Source of the DNA: Candidatus Omnitrophota bacterium
GTDB taxonomy: Bacteria > Omnitrophota > Gorgyraeia > Zapsychrales > JANLHA01
DNA: 32,000 nt
Assembly (NCBI GenBank): GCA_963662715.1
Contig: OY759724.1
Span: 3,090,001 to 3,122,000 of the forward strand
Reading direction: 5' to 3'
Below the pieces are notes generated by a model. The model did no database searches. It was given only the letters and a program-made list of their open reading frames with translations, and was not told the origin of the DNA. Shown here one piece after another: positions 26,082 through 32,000 of this stretch (the stretch's first letter is position 1; each line of letters opens with the position of its first letter). A program made the position numbers and the translations under genes.

Positions 26082-26714
26082 ATGAATTTATCAGAATTAA
26101 GCAAACTCGACATTAAAGATATCAACAAGCTGGATTACAACAAGATCTGGAGGGATCTCAAAAAAGCTCCCGAACAATTATTGACAATTGTTGTTATCTT
26201 AGCCTCTTTGCTGTTTATCGCTCATTTTTGTCTTACGAAATCTTCTGAACTGCGCAGCGTCGAGTTTCAGATCAAGGACCTTTTAAACAAAAAAAAGGCC
26301 ATGGATGAATACAACGGGGCAAAAAAAGAACACGATGACCTTTTGAATAATCTGACAAAGGGGCTAAGCGAAGATGAACTGGCGAACGCGATCACGACGA
26401 TGGCCATCCAGAGAGGGGTTCGTCTAGAATCTTTTTCCCCGGCCAGGAAAGTCACGGAAGAACTTTACGAATTAACCAGCATTCATCTTGACATTTCTTC
26501 TAAACAGTATGACAGCATCTTTCTTTTTATTCATGACGTGGAAAATTCCCCCTTCAATCTGAGGATTGAAACGCTTCGGGGAAATACCATGGACAACCTG
26601 ACGACCCAGAGACGGAAGGATAAACATCTGAAAGAAAAAAATATTGATGAAAATCCGGAAATCCGGGTATCCCTGGAAATAGCTTCTATCATTTTTAAAA
26701 ATGAAAATAAATAG
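26082..26714 (+). CDS. PilO/MshJ/GspM-like inner-membrane pilus assembly protein
   Basis: 210 aa. It has a short cytoplasmic N-terminus, one TM segment (LLTIVVILASLLFIAHFCL), a charged coiled-coil-like segment and then a small domain. Size, topology and position after PilMN fit PilO. Similarity was judged by architecture only. Confidence 0.55.
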   Translation: MNLSELSKLDIKDINKLDYNKIWRDLKKAPEQLLTIVVILASLLFIAHFCLTKSSELRSVEFQIKDLLNKKKAMDEYNGAKKEHDDLLNNLTKGLSEDELANAITTMAIQRGVRLESFSPARKVTEELYELTSIHLDISSKQYDSIFLFIHDVENSPFNLRIETLRGNTMDNLTTQRRKDKHLKEKNIDENPEIRVSLEIASIIFKNENK

Positions 26715-27273
26715 GATCATTATTTTACAGCTGTTCTGTTTAATGTGTTTAACGTTGTCTGTTTCTGCTGACGAGAAACAGCTTCTTGAACAAGCTCAGG
26801 ATTTCGCTGATTTTTATTCCAAAAGGCTCACGAAAGACGAAGTGACAGAACAGGTCTCTGAACTCAAGGAACAATTCCATCGGGAGCAACTTAGAATTGA
26901 CGAGGAAACAGCCAAAATGTTGCGGTCGTTGAGGAATCCTTTTCTCCCTCAGTTACCGGAAGAAGTCCCCCAAGAGAAACCAGCTGAAGAAGAAGGACCG
27001 GCCTCCTCAACGGACAAGAAAACACCGAATCCAGCTCAGACAACACCGGGTCAAAATACGAATAAGGAGTCGCCACCGGTTGCCGAGGAACCTGTCGTTA
27101 AACCGTCATACAAAATTTCAGGAATTGTCTGGAATACTGACCGTCCTCAAGCTATTATTGAGGGTAGAGTTGTTGATATCGGTGATAAAATTGAAGAATG
27201 GGATATTACAGCCATATCCCGGAATGGCGTAGAAGTCTCATACAAAAATCATAGTTTTCTGATCGAACCTTAA
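26701..27273 (+). CDS. PilP/MshK/GspC-HR-like periplasmic protein
   Basis: 190 aa. Its start overlaps the upstream stop by 14 nt. It has a signal peptide (…CLTLSVSA|DE) and a Pro/Glu/Thr-rich linker. The C-terminal beta-domain YKISGIVWNTDRPQAIIEGRVVDIGDKIEEWDITAISRNGVEV is typical of PilP/GspC secretin-interacting domains. Confidence 0.6.
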   Translation: MKINRIIILQLFCLMCLTLSVSADEKQLLEQAQDFADFYSKRLTKDEVTEQVSELKEQFHREQLRIDEETAKMLRSLRNPFLPQLPEEVPQEKPAEEEGPASSTDKKTPNPAQTTPGQNTNKESPPVAEEPVVKPSYKISGIVWNTDRPQAIIEGRVVDIGDKIEEWDITAISRNGVEVSYKNHSFLIEP

Positions 27274-27283
27274 GGAGATTCTT

Positions 27284-28789
27284 ATGTATAAAAATGGCAA
27301 GGGAACTCTCATTTTGGCTTTTCTATTCCTTGTTTTTCTTGGAAAAGCAGAAGGGGAGGTATCTCTTGACAAGACTGAAAGCCCCTTTGTCTATCCGGAG
27401 TATTCAAAAAAAATTTCTATGGATTTCCAGAGTGCGGCGCTTGTGGATGTCCTGAAGATATTTTCCAAACAAACGAATTTAAACCTAATAACCGCAGAAA
27501 ATATTGCGTCCAAGCGTATTACAATCTTTCTGGACGATGTCCCGGTTGAACAGGCTTTGGAACAATTGCTCAAGGCCAATAACTTGACCTATGAGTTACA
27601 GCCTAACAGCAATATTTACATCGTGAAACCTTTACCGGTCACCGATGAACAACTCATGACCCGGGTTTATACTCTCAAACATGCGACAGTGTCTCAGTCA
27701 AAGCTCCGCCAGACCATTGATATTAAGAATACTACGGGAGCAACCATCGGAGAATTTGAGAACTCCGATGATGCGGGGATCAGAGGCTCTCTGATGTCCG
27801 TCCTTTCTTCCAAGGGGAAAATTACGGAAGACCCGAGGACGAATAGTTTTATCATCACTGATGTCGCCCAGAATTTCCCTCTGATTGAAAGCACTTTGGC
27901 ACGCCTCGATGTCCCGGTTCCGCAAATCATGATCGAAGTCGAAATGCTTGAAGTCTCCAAGGGGACCATTGAAAAAATTGGCGTTAAAGTCGGCGACACG
28001 CCTTTAAGTTTTTCCGGAGGAATCAGAAGACATGTTTACCCGTGGAATCAAAACCAGCTGCTGGAAAAAGGACAGAGCTTCATGAGCAACCAGTTTGACG
28101 ATGACGACGCACAGTACTACACCGGGGTCATTGACGCCAGCGGTCTTACGGCGACACTACAATTCCTGAGAACCCTCTCCGAGACGAAAAGCCTGGCAAG
28201 ACCTTCCATCATGACCCTGAACAATGAACCGGCGGAAATAAAAATCTCCACGAGTGAAACAATCGGGGTGTCGACGCAACTGGAATCTGCGGAAAGTTTG
28301 GCGACACAATCGCAAGAGGCGGAACGGGCGGAAACAGGTGTGTTCCTGACCGTAACGCCGCAAGCCAACATCCTCACAGAAGAGATCACCCTGGCCCTGG
28401 CCCCTAAGGTTATCGTTGCCAGAGAAGGCTTGACCTTTAACGGCCAGACATTCATGGACCCGGAAGAAAGGGGCACGCAATCCATCCTCCGGGTGCACAG
28501 CGGTGATACGATTATCATTGGCGGGCTTATGAGAGAAGAAAAATCGAACGCCGTAACCAAAGTCCCTTTTTTAGGCGATATTCCTGTCCTTGGACAGGCC
28601 TTCCGTCATAAAGATGAATCCGTGACAGAACGAGAGCTGATTATTTTTATTACCCCTCATTTAATCAGTGACCAGGTTGGACAAGAATCCCAAAAGATTA
28701 TTTCCAAATCCATCATTCGAGAACAGGATTTTCCTTCAAGCAGATTCGAACAGATCGAAAAAGAGCTAAAGGAATTTGAAGAAAATTAA
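27284..28789 (+). CDS. pilQ: Secretin (PilQ/MshL/GspD family), compact form
   Basis: 501 aa with SD AAGGAG and a signal peptide. It has an N0-like domain (ISMDFQSAALVDVLKIFSKQTNLNLI...VPVEQALEQLLKANNLTY) and an N1-like domain ending PQIMIEVEMLEVS. The secretin C-terminal motifs VPFLGDIPVLGQAFRH and ELIIFITPHLI are present. No AMIN-like repeats are evident. Confidence 0.92.
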   Translation: MYKNGKGTLILAFLFLVFLGKAEGEVSLDKTESPFVYPEYSKKISMDFQSAALVDVLKIFSKQTNLNLITAENIASKRITIFLDDVPVEQALEQLLKANNLTYELQPNSNIYIVKPLPVTDEQLMTRVYTLKHATVSQSKLRQTIDIKNTTGATIGEFENSDDAGIRGSLMSVLSSKGKITEDPRTNSFIITDVAQNFPLIESTLARLDVPVPQIMIEVEMLEVSKGTIEKIGVKVGDTPLSFSGGIRRHVYPWNQNQLLEKGQSFMSNQFDDDDAQYYTGVIDASGLTATLQFLRTLSETKSLARPSIMTLNNEPAEIKISTSETIGVSTQLESAESLATQSQEAERAETGVFLTVTPQANILTEEITLALAPKVIVAREGLTFNGQTFMDPEERGTQSILRVHSGDTIIIGGLMREEKSNAVTKVPFLGDIPVLGQAFRHKDESVTERELIIFITPHLISDQVGQESQKIISKSIIREQDFPSSRFEQIEKELKEFEEN

Positions 28790-28821
28790 TATTATAGTGA
28801 TGGCATAAAAGGTTTTTTTCT

Positions 28822-30552
28822 ATGGTGCACTATAAAATAGGCGAAATTTTACTCCAGCAAAAGCTTATTAATGAGCAGCAACTGCAGGATGCTATCGCCA
28901 TGCAAAAAACAGACGGCGGCCGGGTGGGGGAAAACCTCGTTAAACTGGGATACATCACGGAAGAAGATATCATCTCAGCTTTGGCGTCACAGCTGGATCT
29001 GCCTTATGCGACCTCAGAAAACGATCTGCTCAATCCGAATGTTGAGGAAGAACTGGACAAGATTATTCCCTACGATTTTGCAAAAAGGAACATCGTTTTA
29101 CCCCTTTCCCAAAAGGGTAATGTTTTAACATGCGCGATCGAAGACCCCCTTGACCTTGTCACTCTGGATAATTTGAAAATGCTGGCCAAAGACGCAGAGA
29201 TTAAACTTATTTTAGCGACACGTAAGGATCTTCTGCCCGCTATCCAAGAATATTATTCTTTGTGCCGCACGGCCCGTGCCGGGGAAACAGCAACAGAGGA
29301 AAGCGAAATTTCGGACGGCCCGTATATCGAGATCGAAAACGAGGAATTCACGCCTCCAACAAGCTCGGATGAGGACGTCGATGAATTGATAGAGAAAGCG
29401 GAAGAAGCCCCGGTTATCAAACTGGTCGATCTGACGATTCAACAAGCCATTGAACAGAGGGCCAGTGACATCCACATCGAACCTTTTAAAGACAAGATCA
29501 GCCTGCGTTTCCGCATCGACGGCCTTTTATATCAAATCCCTCCGCCGAACAAACATCTCATGCTGCCGATCGTTTCCCGCTTAAAAATCCTCGCGAAACT
29601 CGATATCGCAGAAAAACGTCTGCCGCAGGACGGGGCTATCACCTTTAAATATAATGAACGTTTTGTTGACTTGCGTGTTTCGACCGTGCCGACAATCTGG
29701 GGGGAAAAGGTTGTTTTGCGAATCCTTGACAAATCCGCTGTGCCTTTACAATTAGAAAATCTCGGATTTGAAAAGAACCAATACGAAAAAGTCAAACGGT
29801 CTTTGAAATCGCCGTACGGCCTGTTTTTTGTGACCGGGCCGACCGGAAGCGGAAAATCCACGACATTGTATGCCATTCTCAACGAAACGATCGACCCCAA
29901 AAAGAATATCCTGACAGCAGAAGATCCTGTCGAATTTAAAATTGAAGGGATTAATCAGGTCGGCGTCCGGTCTGATATCGGCTTAACGTTCGCCGCCGCG
30001 CTCCGCTCGTTCCTGCGCCAGGACCCGGATGTCATAATGGTCGGGGAAGTGCGCGATCTGGAAACGGCCCAAATCTGTGTGCGGGCCGCCTTAACAGGGC
30101 ACTTTGTTTTAAGCACCCTGCACACCAATGACGCCGCATCGGCGATCACCCGTCTGATCGACATCGGCATTGAACCCTACCTGCTAACACCGTCTATTGT
30201 TATGGTGGTCGCGCAGCGTCTGGCCAGGCGTCTGTGTGTCAAATGTAAAGAAGCTTATGAGCCGGTTCCCGGCCAGTTCGGAGATTTGGACATAAAAAGT
30301 GATTTGCTCTACAAAGCTGTCGGATGCGATGAGTGCAATCAGACAGGGTACCGGGGCCGGATCGTCCTGACCGAGACCATGCTGATCGATGACAACATCC
30401 GCGATCTAATCGCCAAAAGGGCTAATTATACCGAGATACATGACCTGGCACGGAAAAACGGCATGACGACCTTGTTTCAAGACGGAATTAAGAAGGTGGA
30501 AGCCGGAGTCACCAGCCTTGATGAAGTTGTCAGCGTCACAACAGTCTATTAG
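28822..30552 (+). CDS. pilB: Type IV pilus / T2SS assembly ATPase (PilB/MshE/GspE family) with N-terminal MshEN-type domain
   Basis: 576 aa. It has Walker A GPTGSGKSTT, Walker B/Asp box DPDVIMVGEVRD, His box GHFVLSTLHTNDA and the tetracysteine CVKCK...CDECNQTGYRGR. The N-terminus carries two tandem 24-aa MshEN-like motifs. Confidence 0.95.
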   Translation: MVHYKIGEILLQQKLINEQQLQDAIAMQKTDGGRVGENLVKLGYITEEDIISALASQLDLPYATSENDLLNPNVEEELDKIIPYDFAKRNIVLPLSQKGNVLTCAIEDPLDLVTLDNLKMLAKDAEIKLILATRKDLLPAIQEYYSLCRTARAGETATEESEISDGPYIEIENEEFTPPTSSDEDVDELIEKAEEAPVIKLVDLTIQQAIEQRASDIHIEPFKDKISLRFRIDGLLYQIPPPNKHLMLPIVSRLKILAKLDIAEKRLPQDGAITFKYNERFVDLRVSTVPTIWGEKVVLRILDKSAVPLQLENLGFEKNQYEKVKRSLKSPYGLFFVTGPTGSGKSTTLYAILNETIDPKKNILTAEDPVEFKIEGINQVGVRSDIGLTFAAALRSFLRQDPDVIMVGEVRDLETAQICVRAALTGHFVLSTLHTNDAASAITRLIDIGIEPYLLTPSIVMVVAQRLARRLCVKCKEAYEPVPGQFGDLDIKSDLLYKAVGCDECNQTGYRGRIVLTETMLIDDNIRDLIAKRANYTEIHDLARKNGMTTLFQDGIKKVEAGVTSLDEVVSVTTVY

Positions 30553-30585
30553 TGAATATTCCGGACCTAAAGAAAGGTTGTCATT

Positions 30586-31836
30586 TTGCCCAAGTTTCAT
30601 TATGTTGTAAAAGACTCCCAAGGCAAGACGCTCGAGGTTGATACGGAAGCCTATGACAAGAACAGCCTTGTCCAGAAACTTCAACGGCAGGGCTATTTTA
30701 TTATTAAAATTGAAGAAGGACTGAGTTTAGAGCAAAAAAGAGCCCAGGATTTAGCGCAAAATGCCAAGGCAAAAGAGAAAAAATTCTCTTACAACAAGAT
30801 AAAACTCTCGGATCTATTATCTTTTGCCCGACAGCTGACAACCATGCTTGAAGCCGGTGTTTCTTTATTGAGAAGCATTGATGTCATTACCCAGCAGACC
30901 CAAAGCGCAAATTTTTATAAGGTTTTGTCAAAAGTCAAAAAAGATGTCGAACAGGGAAGTTCTTTATCCCAGGCTTTAAACGAGCATCCCAAAGTCTTCA
31001 ATCAGTTCTGGGTCACCCTGGTGGAAGTCGGGGAAGCCTCCGGGACCCTGCCTACGGTCCTGAACCGCTTGGCGTTTTATCTCGAACAGGCCGAACGCTT
31101 CCGTTCCACGATTATGTCGGCCTTACTTTATCCTGCGGTCCTGTTTTGTATTTGTCTGGGGGCCATCAGCGTTTTTGCCCTGTTTATCGGGCCGCGTTTT
31201 GAGAATGTCTTTGAAAGCATGGGGGTGGAGCTTCCTGGGATCACCAGAATCCTTCTGGGCACTTTTCGTTTTATCAAAGAAAAATTCTTTTTAATTGTCC
31301 TTACCATAGGGACCGTTGTCTTCCTTATAAAGAAATGGACGAAGACCCAGCCTGGCCGCAAGAAAACAGAACAATTACTCTACTCCTTGCCAACTTTCGG
31401 AAGCATTTACAAACTCATCATTGTCGAACGCTTCACATCCCAGATGGCCATTCTGGTGGAAAGCGGGGTCCCGATCCTGCATGCGCTTGATATCTGTGAA
31501 CGGCTCGTTAATAACATAACCTGCTCGGCCATTATTGCCAGCATTAAAGAAAGTGTGCGGCAGGGAGAGCTTCTGGTGGGCCCCATGGAAAGGAGCGAGT
31601 TCTTTCCCTCTATGTGTATACAGATGATATCTGTAGGGGAAGAATCCGGAGAACTGAGTAAAATGCTTCAGCATGTCGCCACTTTTTATCAAGAAACGGT
31701 GGAAACCGCGATGAAACGCTTCGCGACTCTGATCGAACCCCTGATGCTGGTCTTTATGGGGGCTGTGATCGGGGTGATTGTTCTGGCGATGTTCCTGCCT
31801 ATGTTTAATATCGCGCAACTCGGCGGAGCGAAATAA
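30586..31836 (+). CDS. pilC: Type IV pilus / T2SS inner-membrane platform protein (PilC/GspF family)
   Basis: 416 aa with a TTG start (AAAGG about 9 nt upstream). The N-terminus MPKFHYVVKDSQGK is typical of the family. Two T2SSF repeats are present (FARQLTTMLEAGVSLLRSI and FTSQMAILVESGVPILHAL), with hydrophobic segments following each. Confidence 0.95.
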   Translation: MPKFHYVVKDSQGKTLEVDTEAYDKNSLVQKLQRQGYFIIKIEEGLSLEQKRAQDLAQNAKAKEKKFSYNKIKLSDLLSFARQLTTMLEAGVSLLRSIDVITQQTQSANFYKVLSKVKKDVEQGSSLSQALNEHPKVFNQFWVTLVEVGEASGTLPTVLNRLAFYLEQAERFRSTIMSALLYPAVLFCICLGAISVFALFIGPRFENVFESMGVELPGITRILLGTFRFIKEKFFLIVLTIGTVVFLIKKWTKTQPGRKKTEQLLYSLPTFGSIYKLIIVERFTSQMAILVESGVPILHALDICERLVNNITCSAIIASIKESVRQGELLVGPMERSEFFPSMCIQMISVGEESGELSKMLQHVATFYQETVETAMKRFATLIEPLMLVFMGAVIGVIVLAMFLPMFNIAQLGGAK

Positions 31837-31859
31837 GAAAGCGCTTTCTTATTTTCTTC
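31833..31859 (+). terminator. Weak AT-rich hairpin plus T-tract after pilC (possible terminator)
   Basis: ataagaaa (31833-31840) / tttcttat (31845-31852) form a stem with a gcgc loop, followed by tttcttc. The stem is AT-rich and overlaps the stop codon, so this is weak. Confidence 0.3.
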
Positions 31860-31878
31860 AAAAAAATGCCCCTCCCGG

Positions 31879-31907
31879 TTTGACTTTGCTTTTCCCATAT
31901 GTTATAC
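31879..31907 (+). promoter_or_regulatory. Candidate sigma70 promoter with extended -10
   Basis: TTGACT (31879-31884), a 17-nt spacer, and TG at 31899-31900 followed by TATACC (31902-31907). It is directed into the structured-looking leader at the window end. Confidence 0.4.
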
Positions 31908-31940
31908 CTTAACTAGATTGCGACATAACTTATCGATCAA

Positions 31941-32000
31941 GGTAAACTACCCGTGAGGGTGGGGCACAAAACTAAAGGGTCCCGGGAAAATCCCGCGACA
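31941..32000 (+). promoter_or_regulatory. Possible cobalamin (B12) riboswitch, 5' portion, truncated by the window end
   Basis: ggtaaactacccGTGAGggtggggcacaaaactAAAGGGtcCCGGGAAAATCCCGCGACA resembles the conserved 5' core of cobalamin riboswitches (AAnAGGGAA..GGTG..AATCC...GC.GAC). The comparison is with E. coli btuB, GTGAGttAAtAGGGAAtCCAGTGCGAATCTGGAGCTGAC, recalled from memory. The B12 box would lie beyond the window. Confidence 0.4.

Noticed and set aside
1-32000. I searched by eye for CRISPR arrays, IS/transposase/integrase genes, tRNA/rRNA genes, toxin-antitoxin pairs and obvious defence genes.
   Set aside because: None were seen. Intergenic regions are short, with no spaced direct repeats, no tRNA-like T-arm sequences, and no ORFs with nuclease, transposase or recombinase motifs. 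Only a visual scan was possible. tRNAscan, Infernal and defence-finder tools should confirm this.

Overview
All confidently called genes in this 32 kb window lie on the + strand, with short spacers. GC content is moderate to low. The content suggests a diderm bacterium, but the lineage cannot be assigned from sequence alone. The left 16 kb is core metabolism: the end of rplM and rpsI, then a terminator. A colinear arginine pathway follows (argC-argJ-argB-argD-argF-argG-argH). It joins, with a 4-nt gap, a complete aminotransferase-route lysine pathway (lysA-dapF-dapA-dapB plus a DapL-type aminotransferase). Next come folK, panC, an aspartate-dehydrogenase-like gene, and a very lysine-rich protein with a duplicated N-terminal module and a histone-H1-like tail. 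uvrA follows. The right 12.5 kb is a cell-envelope block. It starts with an 832-aa secreted protein made of YbgF/CpoB/BamD-type TPR units, then ExbB/TolQ, ExbD/TolR and a short anchor-only TonB/TolA-like protein. A membrane-anchored zinc-ribbon peptide and a GspK/PilX-like pseudopilin come next. After a 235-nt spacer there is an MSHA/T2SS-like type IV filament assembly set: a PilM-PilN fusion, PilO-like, PilP-like, a secretin, a PilB/MshE ATPase with tandem MshEN-type motifs, and a PilC/GspF platform. The window ends in a promoter-like element and what looks like the 5' part of a cobalamin riboswitch. I saw no CRISPR array, transposase, integrase, tRNA or rRNA. The most unusual items are the H1-like duplicated-module protein and the TPR/ExbBD/truncated-TonB/zinc-ribbon/pseudopilin block fused to the pilus cluster. 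Both readings are hypotheses from sequence inspection only.
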